Source: Candidatus Omnitrophota bacterium (GTDB lineage Bacteria > Omnitrophota > Gorgyraeia > Zapsychrales > JBAZNR01). From it: a stretch of DNA of 64,000 bases. The stretch spans positions 143,449 through 207,448 of the forward strand of contig JBAZNR010000003.1 of NCBI GenBank assembly GCA_041649175.1. Direction: 5' to 3'. The position numbers and the translations under genes were made by a program. The notes under the pieces are model-generated. The model ran no database searches and had not been told where the DNA came from. It saw nothing but the letters and a program-made list of their open reading frames with translations. Shown piece by piece: positions 36,306 to 46,583 of this stretch (its first letter is position 1; each line of letters starts with the position of its first letter).

Positions 36306-37459
36306 TGACGCCTGATCTACTTAAGAGATATTCCTATCAAAATCGCTATGTCAGCGATGTTGATGAAGTCATAAGAAAAATCCTTAATAAAACGATTATC
36401 CCCCATCAACTTGAGATCCAGCCGGGCCGTCTTGGTGGGGATAAGCTTTGCTGGTTAAGCTGTCCTTATTGCTATGGAGGCACATCAAAGAATACCCAAG
36501 AGCGCTTAAGACCTGAAAGATATGTCGAGATCTTGCGCCAGGCGGCGCAGGGGCCGAACGGCGGCATCAATAAATTTATTTTTGCAGGGTATGCCACGGA
36601 TCCTCTTAATTACGAGCATATCGATGACCTTTTGCAAACAGCGCGCGATAACAATGTTATTTTCGGTTTTCATACTAAGTCGATTAGGTTTTCTGACCGC
36701 TTTCTCGGGCTATTGACGGGATCAAATATCCAGAAACTAAGTTATTTCAGCATCAGCGTTGATGCGGGGAATCCAGAAAGTTACAATCGTACTCATGGAG
36801 TAGGGCATTCGAGTGGAGATATCTATCATAAGGTCTTAGAGAACATTCGCCGTGTTACAGCGGCGCGCAAACTGACAAATTGTCCGCTAGATGTCAGCGC
36901 AACATACTTGGTAACCCAATTTAATAATTCAACAGAGGAAGTTGTTTCGGCCATTAAAGATCTTACGGCGGCGGGGGTTGATATTATTCGCTTTACGTTT
37001 CCGCAAGTGCCGCGTGGACATGAAAAAGCGGACCAGGATGTTATGGTGCCCGGGCGACAAGAAATTCTTGATAGTTTTAAACGCCTAAAGCCGGTCATTG
37101 ACAGCTTTACTTCGGATCAAGTGCAGGTCGTTATTTTGGATTTTGACGCGGACTATGGGATCGCGGAGCAGAGGCGCACGCATCCGTGTTTTGCCAGATT
37201 TGTTTTTCCGACCATAGGTTTTGACGGATATTTGGCGCATTGTTCGGAGTCGGCCGCTCCGCATTTTCGCGATATGAGCTTGGGCAATTTAGCTCAGCGT
37301 GATTTTTGGGACCTCTTTTATGATTATGATGTAAAGAATTTTAAGAAATACGTCGAATCCTTCTTTGTTAAGATGTGCAAGAATGATTGCCGTTGTGACC
37401 GAAAAGAACACGTTGTTAATAGCCTATTTAAGCAATCAGGAATCATTGAAAAAATCTGA
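36305..37459 (+). CDS. Radical SAM domain protein
   Basis: CWLSCPYC gives the CxxxCxxC cluster motif near the N-terminus. Additional Cys-rich C-terminus (CKNDCRCDRKEH). Confidence 0.7.
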   Translation: MTPDLLKRYSYQNRYVSDVDEVIRKILNKTIIPHQLEIQPGRLGGDKLCWLSCPYCYGGTSKNTQERLRPERYVEILRQAAQGPNGGINKFIFAGYATDPLNYEHIDDLLQTARDNNVIFGFHTKSIRFSDRFLGLLTGSNIQKLSYFSISVDAGNPESYNRTHGVGHSSGDIYHKVLENIRRVTAARKLTNCPLDVSATYLVTQFNNSTEEVVSAIKDLTAAGVDIIRFTFPQVPRGHEKADQDVMVPGRQEILDSFKRLKPVIDSFTSDQVQVVILDFDADYGIAEQRRTHPCFARFVFPTIGFDGYLAHCSESAAPHFRDMSLGNLAQRDFWDLFYDYDVKNFKKYVESFFVKMCKNDCRCDRKEHVVNSLFKQSGIIEKI

Positions 37460-38366
37460 TCAATTACAGGTTGCGGTTTTAGGAGCGAGCGGTATCGGGC
37501 GGGCTCATGTTCGAGAATTTACAAGAGCCGGTGCTTTTGTTAAAGGCATTTTGGGACGCTCGCAAGAATCGGCCAGCCAAACCGCTGCCCGGCTTAACAA
37601 GGAATTTCGCCTGTCCCTTAAACCGTTTTGGAATATTGAGGAATTGCTTAACTGCGGCATTGACGCCGTTAGCATCGCGACACCGTGGGATATCCATTTC
37701 GAGCAGATCAGAAAGTCTCTGGATAAAGGTTTATTTGTTTTTTGTGAAAAACCTCTTTTTTGGAACAAGGCGGTCACGCCGGAAGGAATTAAAAAAGATT
37801 GCCGGTATCTTTTAGAAAATGCGCAAGAAAAACTAGCTCTTAATATCTGCAATATTGCTTACCTACAAGCCTATGAAAAACTTTATGGGCTTCCTCCAAA
37901 AATTGAGTCTTTTGAATTTTCTTATTTTGCTCAAGGGAAGCACAATGGCGATGAGATCGGCGTTGATCTTTTGCCTCATGGGATCTCGTTAATAAATTAC
38001 CTCGCGCCTCGTGGGGTGCTCTCCTCATTAAAAAAAGAAATTACACAAAATGATTATCATTGTTGGTTCCAGTATACGGGCATCAAATGCCACTTTCATT
38101 TTAAGGAAGATCCAAAGGGGCCTAAAGAATTCAGTTTCAAGATAAATGGCTTAAAAACATCGAGATCCTTTGAGGTCCGGGATAATCAATATTGCCCATC
38201 GCTTATTCGGGACGATGAGTTAAGGCAAGAAAATCCAGTTGCAGATCCTTTTTTTGTTTTTATCAGCGACTTTGTTAATAAGATTAAAACAAAAGAGAAG
38301 TTTCTTTGTGACACGAAGGCAGCGGTTCAAAATATGCAGATGGTTTCAGATATTATTCTTGCTTAA
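37446..38366 (+). CDS. Gfo/Idh/MocA-like NAD(P)-binding oxidoreductase (TTG start proposed)
   Basis: LQVAVLGASGIGRAHVREF Rossmann motif. TTG at 37446 places the start after a weak AGGAA and keeps the overlap with the radical SAM stop to 14 nt. The ATG at 37365 would overlap by 95 nt. Confidence 0.55.
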   Translation: MKKSDQLQVAVLGASGIGRAHVREFTRAGAFVKGILGRSQESASQTAARLNKEFRLSLKPFWNIEELLNCGIDAVSIATPWDIHFEQIRKSLDKGLFVFCEKPLFWNKAVTPEGIKKDCRYLLENAQEKLALNICNIAYLQAYEKLYGLPPKIESFEFSYFAQGKHNGDEIGVDLLPHGISLINYLAPRGVLSSLKKEITQNDYHCWFQYTGIKCHFHFKEDPKGPKEFSFKINGLKTSRSFEVRDNQYCPSLIRDDELRQENPVADPFFVFISDFVNKIKTKEKFLCDTKAAVQNMQMVSDIILA

Positions 38367-38378
38367 CAAAAGGCCAGC

Positions 38379-39575
38379 ATGAATATTGTTCATATTTCTT
38401 CGAGTGTTTTTCGCATCCATGGCGCAAGCAAGTGGCTGTTGCTTTTTACGACAACCTTAGAAGAAAAAGGGCATAACAATACCATTGTTTGTCCAAGGTT
38501 TTGCATCCCTTTGCCATTTTGGTTTAAAGGGTCCATTCAGCCGCTTTTCAAATCTAAAACTAAGGTCAGAGAGAAATCCGGATTTGTTAAAATTTGTTCG
38601 ATCTTTAGCCAAATAGCAACCATCATATTCTTGCCGATCATTATTCCTCGAAAAACGGATGTTATCGTTTTGCATTCCGAAGAGAGCCTTTTTGCGGCTG
38701 TATTATCCAAGATACTTTTCCCTAAGGCTAAGCTGATTTATTATTGTTATCAGATCCCAAGGGAGTTATATGACCTGCGTGATTGTACGAAAAAAACATA
38801 TGGTATTTGGATGACGGTTTTTTCGCCTTTTATCGCTGTTTACAAGGTTTTACACAAAAGGTTGCCGCGCTTGGCCGATGGTGTTTTGGTCTGGAGCTCT
38901 CAGGAAATAATTTCCGCGCGTTCGTTATATGGCGACTTGCGTTTTTGCGTAGTGCCGGCCGGTGTCGATTATTTACGCTTTGAGATCACGGACGATGCAG
39001 CAAAAAAGGTTGAAGCATTCAGGAATCGTTTAAGCCTCGGAAAAAAGAAAATACTGCTTATGAACGCCTCCTTAACGAAAAAAAAGAATATCCCGGAATT
39101 TTTAGATCTTATCTACCGGTTGACCCATGAAAGACAGGAAATCCATGGCCTTATCATCGGTGAGGGGCCGGAATACGGGCAGCTCCAGGATACCGTTCGC
39201 CGCTTGGGCATTGAAAAAAGTGTAACGTTTTTGGGTTACGTCGCCCAGGAAGATCTGTCGACCTATTATTTTTTATGTGACATTTTATTTTTTATCGAGT
39301 TTAATCCACCGTGGACCATGTCGATCATAGAGGCCGCGGCCGCTAAAAAGCCGGTTATTGTTACTACCGGAGGCTCGATCCCAACTTTGGTGAAAGACAA
39401 GGAAACGGGATATGTTGTTCAGGATCTTGCGGATGATCTGTATCAACGTACGAAGTTCCTATTAGATGATCCCAGGCGGTGTCAAGAGATGGGAGAAAAT
39501 AATTTTCAGCATTGTCGTCCGTTTTCGGCAGAGGAAAGCGTAAAAAATTTCTTAAAGATGCTTGAAAACCTCTAA
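38379..39575 (+). CDS. Family 4 (GT-B) glycosyltransferase
   Basis: C-terminal GT4 motifs: FLGYVAQEDL, PPWTMSIIEAAAAKKPVIVT, ETGYVV. Confidence 0.8.
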   Translation: MNIVHISSSVFRIHGASKWLLLFTTTLEEKGHNNTIVCPRFCIPLPFWFKGSIQPLFKSKTKVREKSGFVKICSIFSQIATIIFLPIIIPRKTDVIVLHSEESLFAAVLSKILFPKAKLIYYCYQIPRELYDLRDCTKKTYGIWMTVFSPFIAVYKVLHKRLPRLADGVLVWSSQEIISARSLYGDLRFCVVPAGVDYLRFEITDDAAKKVEAFRNRLSLGKKKILLMNASLTKKKNIPEFLDLIYRLTHERQEIHGLIIGEGPEYGQLQDTVRRLGIEKSVTFLGYVAQEDLSTYYFLCDILFFIEFNPPWTMSIIEAAAAKKPVIVTTGGSIPTLVKDKETGYVVQDLADDLYQRTKFLLDDPRRCQEMGENNFQHCRPFSAEESVKNFLKMLENL

Positions 39576-40521
39576 GGTAACCCATATGAAACGTTATAGC
39601 TTAATTTTTTCGGGAATTGTTTTCTTCATTAGTTGCTTTTATCTTTATGAAAACCGGGATCAGTTTTTCTTATTCAGAAGCATAAATATTTTGAATATCC
39701 TTTGCCTGCTATTCCTGATCCTCGCATTTTTCTTTGTCACCGGATATACCTTTCGTCTTGTGGTAAATCTCTTAAATGTCGAATTAACTTTAGCGGAGAC
39801 ATTTGGGCTGTCCATCTTAACTAATTTTGGCAATTATTTAGGCCCGACCAGTCCCGGTTCAATTATTAAGGCCGTTTACTTGAAAGCGGTGAAAGGGCTA
39901 GAGTATTCGAAATTTACGTCTGTTTTCTTTGCGAGTGCTTTCTTGGGGGTCTTTATGACCGGGATTTTTGGGGTCATTTTATTTTTTTCTCTCAAGATCG
40001 CAGCAACAAAAGTTTCCATGATCCTTCTTGCGGTTTGTTGGGCATTCGTGATCGTGGCCATTGTTCCGTTTGTTTTACATATACCCCAAATTACTTCTCA
40101 ACGGCGCATCGCGCAGATGTTGAAGCTGGCCCTTGAAGGGTTTGATGCCATTCGTAATCAGAAAATGGGCTTGATGCGCATTGGCATATCATATGTCGCG
40201 CAGTTTGCCCTAAGTGCTTTTATTTTTCAATCAGCATTTTATGCCTTGGGGATCTCGGTATCATATGAACAGGCACTGGCGGTCGGTGTCTATACGACAA
40301 TCGTAAATTTCGTTAGCATCACGCCAAGCAACTTAGGCATTCAAGAAGCTATGATCGCGTTGATTTTTTCGGTTCTTGGGCAAAGTTTTTCTGTGGGGGT
40401 TATGGGCGCGGCGCTTATTCGGGTGGTACATTTGTTGATTACTTTTAGCTTAACGCCAATTTTCACATATCTTTTGTTTAAACGTAAAGGTCTTTCGCTG
40501 GCAGGGTTAGATAAAAAATAA
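39562..40521 (+). CDS. Flippase-like membrane protein (lysylphosphatidylglycerol-synthase TM-region family)
   Basis: 8 predicted TM helices. NFGNYLGPTSPGSIIKAVYLK is reminiscent of the UPF0104/flippase-like family. Confidence 0.55.
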   Translation: MKTSKVTHMKRYSLIFSGIVFFISCFYLYENRDQFFLFRSINILNILCLLFLILAFFFVTGYTFRLVVNLLNVELTLAETFGLSILTNFGNYLGPTSPGSIIKAVYLKAVKGLEYSKFTSVFFASAFLGVFMTGIFGVILFFSLKIAATKVSMILLAVCWAFVIVAIVPFVLHIPQITSQRRIAQMLKLALEGFDAIRNQKMGLMRIGISYVAQFALSAFIFQSAFYALGISVSYEQALAVGVYTTIVNFVSITPSNLGIQEAMIALIFSVLGQSFSVGVMGAALIRVVHLLITFSLTPIFTYLLFKRKGLSLAGLDKK

Positions 40522-42689
40522 TGATAACTGCAGGATTTAAGAAAATATTCTTATTTTTTAAAGAGAATATCTGCATTCTTCTTCCCGTCGCAGTCTGGAT
40601 TTTCATTTTTCGAGGATATTTTTTTGCCGAGCCCTCCATGACCCGTCATGGGATCGATTACTACCATATTATCAAACACTATATGGACAATCTTTCGCGC
40701 GGTGTTTTTCCGATGTGGGATCCGTTTTATTCATGGGGCAGGCTTGATAATATTGATCTGCGCTTTATTGGCGAATTTAATCCTTTTCTATGGGTCTATG
40801 CTGCTTTAAGCCATACAAGCTTATCACCCATGTCGTCTTTTGCCGTGTATTCGACATCGTATTATTTTCTGGGGTTGTTTGGGTTTTATCTCTTGGCTAA
40901 AAAATTTCTTGGCAGGGTAGATCTGGCGGTAATTTCTTTTACGCTTCTTTTGTTCTCCTCTTTAACGTTTACGATCTTCAACAATTATTGCATCCTGCTT
41001 CTTTTTGTTCCGTCGGTATGGTTTTTCTATTTCTTAGCGGTGTTTATGGGAAGCCCTGAAAAAAAGTATTTATTGGGCTTAACATTTTCGTTGATGATCG
41101 TCACTACGACATATATGCCGTTTTATTTTGTAACGATCTCTGCCGCCGTATTCCTTGTTTTTGTTTTGCTGTTTTTTCCTGAAATAAAGCGTCAGCTTCC
41201 TAAAGTTTCTGCTTTTCTAAGAAAGAACAAGGCATTATCGATTTTTTGCATCGCATCTATTTTGGCTTCTCTTATCCCGGGCTTACTTTGGTATTGGGAA
41301 GGTTTTAAGGGAGACCAAATTTTATCTTGGCGCCATGAAGGAGCCGGCGACGCGCATACGGCCAGTATGGATATTGACACGATCAATACAGGATCTATCA
41401 TTGGCCCTGTTACGTTTAAGTGGTTATTTTCGGAACTTGCTTTTCCGGATCAAACTTTGTTTTACATGTCGGTGTTTATTTTTATTATCCTTCTGCTCTC
41501 AATGGTTAACTATTTAAATCGAAGATTGCTCGCGTTATTCATTTCGGGATTTATTGTGCTTCTTGTCATGTTGACGGACGCAACGCCGGCACACCGATTT
41601 CTATATGACCACATCTATTTCTTTAAGTTGTTTCGAAACATCTTTTATCTTCTCTATTTGTGTTTCCCAATTCTTATTTTGTTTTGCGTTGAGCAGCTGC
41701 GGATCTTTCTTGAACATGATCCCAGATCCACAAGAAAGAAAAATATTCTTCTTGGATTTATTACGCTCGTTCATTTATTTCTTATTGTGTTTTTATTTAG
41801 ACAAGGCGATATTGTCATGGCTTCGTATGCGGCCGTTGTTTTAAGCTTCGTATTTTTCTTCGCGCATTTTTCCGGACTCTTTAAGGGAAGAAAAATCCTG
41901 CCTTGCTTTCTTTTGCTTGTTGTTGTCTTGATTCAGCCGGTGGAGGTATTTTCCCACTACATAAAAAACAAAAGCGGGGTTGTTGCATGGTTTCCGGTGG
42001 ATCGTTTTTATCCAAAGTTTTCTTTTATTCGCCCGGCGCGTGAAAACGACAGTTATTTTAAAGGGCGAAGCCCGAAAGAGATGCAAGACGGATCCGGATT
42101 TGACGGCACTAAATACACGGGGTTGAGCTATCCATATGTACTGCAAAAAAATATCAAATATGATGTTTTTGAGAATTACGCGCGCAATAAGTTCATTGTT
42201 TATGATACGGTCGAGCATGTAGATACGAGTGATATTGATTTTAAACGCATGGAAGAGGTTTTTCGCGCTGAAAGAAACCTTGCGTTCATTTTTGATGATG
42301 TGAATGATTTTTCTGCGGCCGGCTTAAGCAAGCATCCGGCAGATCAATTTGAGAAGATTGCTCAAAATTCACCGCAACTGACGGTTTTGGACTTCGACCT
42401 CAACAAGATAAAATTTCGAACGAATTTCTCCGAAACCAAATTCTTGGTTTACAACGACAGCTTCCACAATGAGTGGAAGTGTTTTATGGATAACCAAAAG
42501 ATAGATATCCATCGGGCGAATTTTGCTTTCAAAGGGATTTGGATCCCGGCAGGAGAGCATATCGTTTATTTTCATTTTGGAGTTGCGTGGCGATATTGGC
42601 TGAGCTATTTCTTGCTGGCATTTTACGCTCTGTTTTTTGTTTTTGTTATATATCTTTTCATCAAACAGGATCAAAAACAGTATGTTTAA
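40521..42689 (+). CDS. YfhO-like GT-C-fold polytopic membrane protein
   Basis: Many N-terminal TM helices, a periplasmic-type domain, and a C-terminal module NEWKCFMDNQKIDIHRANFAFKGIWIPAGEHIVYFHF with a final TM helix, as in YfhO. Confidence 0.5.
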   Translation: MITAGFKKIFLFFKENICILLPVAVWIFIFRGYFFAEPSMTRHGIDYYHIIKHYMDNLSRGVFPMWDPFYSWGRLDNIDLRFIGEFNPFLWVYAALSHTSLSPMSSFAVYSTSYYFLGLFGFYLLAKKFLGRVDLAVISFTLLLFSSLTFTIFNNYCILLLFVPSVWFFYFLAVFMGSPEKKYLLGLTFSLMIVTTTYMPFYFVTISAAVFLVFVLLFFPEIKRQLPKVSAFLRKNKALSIFCIASILASLIPGLLWYWEGFKGDQILSWRHEGAGDAHTASMDIDTINTGSIIGPVTFKWLFSELAFPDQTLFYMSVFIFIILLLSMVNYLNRRLLALFISGFIVLLVMLTDATPAHRFLYDHIYFFKLFRNIFYLLYLCFPILILFCVEQLRIFLEHDPRSTRKKNILLGFITLVHLFLIVFLFRQGDIVMASYAAVVLSFVFFFAHFSGLFKGRKILPCFLLLVVVLIQPVEVFSHYIKNKSGVVAWFPVDRFYPKFSFIRPARENDSYFKGRSPKEMQDGSGFDGTKYTGLSYPYVLQKNIKYDVFENYARNKFIVYDTVEHVDTSDIDFKRMEEVFRAERNLAFIFDDVNDFSAAGLSKHPADQFEKIAQNSPQLTVLDFDLNKIKFRTNFSETKFLVYNDSFHNEWKCFMDNQKIDIHRANFAFKGIWIPAGEHIVYFHFGVAWRYWLSYFLLAFYALFFVFVIYLFIKQDQKQYV

Positions 42690-43377
42690 TTTTCTTAAGG
42701 ACTTCTTGAAGAATGTGACGCATTCGATGCTTAAGATAGGAGGTTTTTCTTGGGCCTTGTATCTTGCCGCGTTTTTACTTTTGTCTGCGATCCTTGATCA
42801 GGGCAAGATCCAGGCAAGGCTTTTGAATTATTTTAAGGTTCCTATGGATTATTTATTGGATTTGTCCGCTGCCAAGGTTCTTCCTAATGAGTTTCAGCTG
42901 CGCGAACAAATTCGGTATTATGAGCGATTAGCGCAATATGCGCTTCATCAGCCCGAACCGCCGTATCTTTTAGGATTTTGTTATTACTATTTAGGCGATC
43001 ATAAGAAATCTATTGAATTCTATAAAAAAGCGGTTGAAAAAGCTCCGCAATCGTTTTGGACATATTACAATCTGGGAGTTGTTTATTTTAAATCCGGGCA
43101 ATTTGAGAAGGCTTTGTCTTCCTGGCGCAAGGCCAAGGCCGTTGACTTAAGAGAAACGCTGAGATTTGTATTTGCATCCGTATTTTTTGAGAAGAGATAT
43201 TTTGGGTCAAAAGAAAACTTGATCCTAGCCGCGGAACTTAATCTTAAAGAAGCTTACGATCAATGCCAAGAAATATTGATGCTTTGCGACGCTCAAAATG
43301 GCTTGTCCTCATTAAGATTCTTAGAACGTGCTCGTGTTTTACAAAGAGATAAAAATTTTAATCCAAAAATCTTTTAA
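42682..43377 (+). CDS. TPR-repeat protein with N-terminal TM anchor
   Basis: ATG at 42682 overlaps the upstream stop (ATGTTTAA). The track's longer start at 42637 would overlap by 53 nt. TPR units: YYYLGDHKKSIEFYKKAVE, YYNLGVVYFKSGQFEKAL. Confidence 0.5.
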   Translation: MFNFLKDFLKNVTHSMLKIGGFSWALYLAAFLLLSAILDQGKIQARLLNYFKVPMDYLLDLSAAKVLPNEFQLREQIRYYERLAQYALHQPEPPYLLGFCYYYLGDHKKSIEFYKKAVEKAPQSFWTYYNLGVVYFKSGQFEKALSSWRKAKAVDLRETLRFVFASVFFEKRYFGSKENLILAAELNLKEAYDQCQEILMLCDAQNGLSSLRFLERARVLQRDKNFNPKIF

Positions 43378-43404
43378 TGATAATATGAACGTTGGAGGCG
43401 AAGC

Positions 43405-44019
43405 ATGAAAACACAAAAAAATGATTATTTTTGTCACCCAACATCCTGCGTTGAAGAGGGCGCTACAATAGGGCAAGGGACAAAGATCTGGTTTTATTCG
43501 CATATTTTAAAAGGGGCGAAGATCGGGCAGCGCTGTCATTTGGGGCAAAACGTGGTGGTGCATCCGACGGCTGTGATCGGAAATGGCGTCAAGATCCAAA
43601 ATAATGTTTCCGTGTACGATGCGGTAACACTGGAAGATGATGTCTTCTGCGGGCCGTCTTGCGTTTTTACAAATGTAATAAATCCCCGGTCTGCTATCTC
43701 GAGGAATTCCGCTGAATTCTTCAAGAAAACTTTAGTGAAAAAGGGGGCGACCATTGGCGCGAACGCGACCATTTTGTGCGGCATTACTATTGGCCGTTTT
43801 GCTTTTGTCGGAGCGGGGGCGGTGGTGACGAAAAGCGTTCCTGATTTTGGGCTTTTTTTCGGTAATCCGGCACGTTTAATGGGGTGGATGTGCGCTTGCG
43901 GCACAAAAATAAAGTTCTTGGCCGCGAAGGGAACTTGTGTAAGCTGTAAGGCCGTTTATAAAAAATCAGGGAAAGTGGTTGTTGCCGCTTTAAAGAAAAG
44001 TAAAATTCAAAATCAATGA
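43405..44019 (+). CDS. Left-handed beta-helix (hexapeptide-repeat) sugar N/O-acetyltransferase
   Basis: Repeating [LIV]G-x4 hexapeptides (GATIGQGTKIWF, IGNGVKIQNNVSV, GATIGANATI, FVGAGAVV). Confidence 0.8.
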   Translation: MKTQKNDYFCHPTSCVEEGATIGQGTKIWFYSHILKGAKIGQRCHLGQNVVVHPTAVIGNGVKIQNNVSVYDAVTLEDDVFCGPSCVFTNVINPRSAISRNSAEFFKKTLVKKGATIGANATILCGITIGRFAFVGAGAVVTKSVPDFGLFFGNPARLMGWMCACGTKIKFLAAKGTCVSCKAVYKKSGKVVVAALKKSKIQNQ

Positions 44020-46559
44020 AGATCCTGTCTTTAATATCGAAGACTTTTAGCCTTGAGAAAAAACCGGTTAAGTTTTTAGCGCTGGGAATTGCTCTTCTGA
44101 TCGTTCTTGTTTTCGCGTATACCGGATTCTTAAAGGCATCAACACAAATTGATTATGCGCTTTTTAGCATTGATCAAACCTTTTCCTGGCGCAGCACGCC
44201 CGAAGGGATCTTGCGCACGGATGCGTTGGCGGATTACGACACCCTTCTTTTGTCCAAAGATTCTTGGAATGATTTTGATCTGTCGTTTTTGTTAATAAAT
44301 CCGAAAGATTGCGGCGTGCTTTACAATTTTAAAGATGATAAAAACTTTCATTTTGTATATTTTAACAAAGCCCAGCAAAAGATATTTATCGGCCTTAATA
44401 CCCAACAAAAGCCCTACCTTATTAAATCCTTTCCTTTTGATATTTCCTTAGTGCTACGCGTTAATTTAAAGGTGGATCAAAATACGGTCCATATCGCGAT
44501 CAACGATAAGCCGTTATTCCAATTTAATATTCCGCAAGCGGAAGGAAAATTAGCTCTTGTTTTAAATGATGCCAAGCTTCCTAAAACCGCTTTTAGCCAG
44601 ATCTCAATGAGCGGTCACACGCGTGACGGCAGGCACATTGTCCGTCGAGCAAGCCCGGAATATCTCTCAGGATCTCATCTTATTTCTTCATTCTTTCTTT
44701 TAGCGGCGATGCTGGCGTTCAGTGGTTATCTAGCCAAGGTCTTTGAATATTTGTCAAAGAATGCTCTAGCGCATCCAACTCAGAAAAACTCTTTTGGGAT
44801 CCTTTGGGCGGTTTTTATCCATTTGCTAACTGCGACTTTTGTTTTTTGGCCGTTTCTTTTAAAGGGAAGTGTTTTGGTGTCTAGCGCCGACAATTTTGGA
44901 GAAATCTTTCCGCTATTCTTCTTATCAAAACATAACTTTATCGATATCTTAAGCGGGCAATCTTTGTCTTTGTGGAACCCATATACGCACAATGGAATGC
45001 CGTTTTTTTCCAGCCATTGGAATATGATCTATTATCCGCTGAATTGGGTCATTTTCCTATTTGACGATAAGAATGTTTTAACCGCGTTAACGGCGCGGAC
45101 ATTTTTAGAAGTTTTCTTGATCGGAATTTTTGCTTATCAATTCTTTCGCCGCGAACTAAGATCTCAGGGTTGGGCGCTTTTTTCTTCAGTGGTATACCAA
45201 TTATGTTCTTTGTTGATCTTTACATTGACGGTTTTTCCGGCCATATCGCTGTATTTTGCCATGACTTTGTATCTTTATTTGATCTGGTCACTCAGTGAAA
45301 GGACAAAGATATGGAATTATCTTTGGGTAACCGTGTCTCTTATTTTGATCTTCACATCGGCCAACATGGCGTTTATTTTTTATGCCGGCATTTCGCTGGC
45401 GATCTTTACAGTGTATCGGCTGATAAGCCAGGAAGTAGGACAAAAAGCCAGGAATGAGAACTTTGTTTTAATTTTTGCCAGCGTGATCACGGCTATTTTA
45501 ATTTCTGCGATTCGCCTGATCCCGTGCGCGCTGGGCATTTTAGCCAGCAATCGAATTGTGGATAATTTTTACACTCTCCACGATCGTTCGGCAATGCTGG
45601 TGAGACTTTTTGTTCCGGAAATTGCCGGATGGTTCGGGTCTCATTCTTTTAATGCCCTGACATCAAGGAATTTAAATCTGATCTTTGAACGCAGCGACTT
45701 ACCGTCTAATTCTCAAAATATGTTTTTTGTTTATTTTGGGATCGTGGCGGCGCTATTGCTTGTGTGCAATTTATTTATAAAGGCCAAAAATCAGCATGGG
45801 TTTTGGAAACTTTATTCATTTTTGGCGGTCGCGGCAGCACTTTTATTCCAGCCGATCTGGGGGATTTTAAGCATTTTGCTTTTTCCTCTTAATCATTACA
45901 GCTATCACTTGATCATTCTTCCGGTGGGAATTTGCATGTTGGCGGGGTATACCGGACTTTATTTGGAACAAGGCAAATTTGATATCTTTAAAAATCTAAA
46001 TCGGCTTACCGCTATCTTGCTTTTGTTGCAGGCTTTGCTCATCGTGATCCTTACGTATCTTTTTCCGTCGTTGACCGTGCTCTCTCGGATTATTTTCTTA
46101 AGTATGATCGGTTGGTATGTGATCTTACGTTTTCATGTTTCTAAAAATCAGCATGACCGTAATGCATTTCTAGTCAAAACTACTTTAGCGATGACTGTCT
46201 TTGCTTGGATAGCGATGTTCCTAACCGCAACGGCAATCTTTATCCGGCCCATTGATGAAAAAGAAGGCGCGGCAGCGTTTATTTTCATTCCGGCCTTGAT
46301 CATTTTTGCGGTTATTGCGGCCGCATTTACGATCTATATGAATTTTATAAGGCGTAAGACCGTTTTTAACTTAACGAAAATGATCATTTGCTTCCTGGCA
46401 GGATTCATGATTATTTTTGCGATATTCCTGCGGCCTTTTCTTTTGAGCTTATTTAATTTGGATGCGCCGGTTTTAACTTATGGGCTTGATATCTTTTTGG
46501 GCCATTTACGGTTTTGGTTGATCGCCTTGATCTTTTTCTCGGCGGTGGTCTCTTTTTAA
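44016..46559 (+). CDS. YfhO-like GT-C membrane protein, N-terminal 847-aa part, ended by an in-frame TAA
   Basis: More than 20 hydrophobic helices. The same reading frame continues after a single TAA into 46584..47480. Confidence 0.55.
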   Translation: MKILSLISKTFSLEKKPVKFLALGIALLIVLVFAYTGFLKASTQIDYALFSIDQTFSWRSTPEGILRTDALADYDTLLLSKDSWNDFDLSFLLINPKDCGVLYNFKDDKNFHFVYFNKAQQKIFIGLNTQQKPYLIKSFPFDISLVLRVNLKVDQNTVHIAINDKPLFQFNIPQAEGKLALVLNDAKLPKTAFSQISMSGHTRDGRHIVRRASPEYLSGSHLISSFFLLAAMLAFSGYLAKVFEYLSKNALAHPTQKNSFGILWAVFIHLLTATFVFWPFLLKGSVLVSSADNFGEIFPLFFLSKHNFIDILSGQSLSLWNPYTHNGMPFFSSHWNMIYYPLNWVIFLFDDKNVLTALTARTFLEVFLIGIFAYQFFRRELRSQGWALFSSVVYQLCSLLIFTLTVFPAISLYFAMTLYLYLIWSLSERTKIWNYLWVTVSLILIFTSANMAFIFYAGISLAIFTVYRLISQEVGQKARNENFVLIFASVITAILISAIRLIPCALGILASNRIVDNFYTLHDRSAMLVRLFVPEIAGWFGSHSFNALTSRNLNLIFERSDLPSNSQNMFFVYFGIVAALLLVCNLFIKAKNQHGFWKLYSFLAVAAALLFQPIWGILSILLFPLNHYSYHLIILPVGICMLAGYTGLYLEQGKFDIFKNLNRLTAILLLLQALLIVILTYLFPSLTVLSRIIFLSMIGWYVILRFHVSKNQHDRNAFLVKTTLAMTVFAWIAMFLTATAIFIRPIDEKEGAAAFIFIPALIIFAVIAAAFTIYMNFIRRKTVFNLTKMIICFLAGFMIIFAIFLRPFLLSLFNLDAPVLTYGLDIFLGHLRFWLIALIFFSAVVSF

Positions 46560-46583
46560 ATTAGCTGGGTTTCGGCACGGCTT

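Noticed and set aside
37365-37445. The ATG at 37365 as start of the oxidoreductase
   Set aside because: It would overlap the radical SAM gene by 95 nt. The Rossmann motif begins only after the in-frame TTG at 37446.
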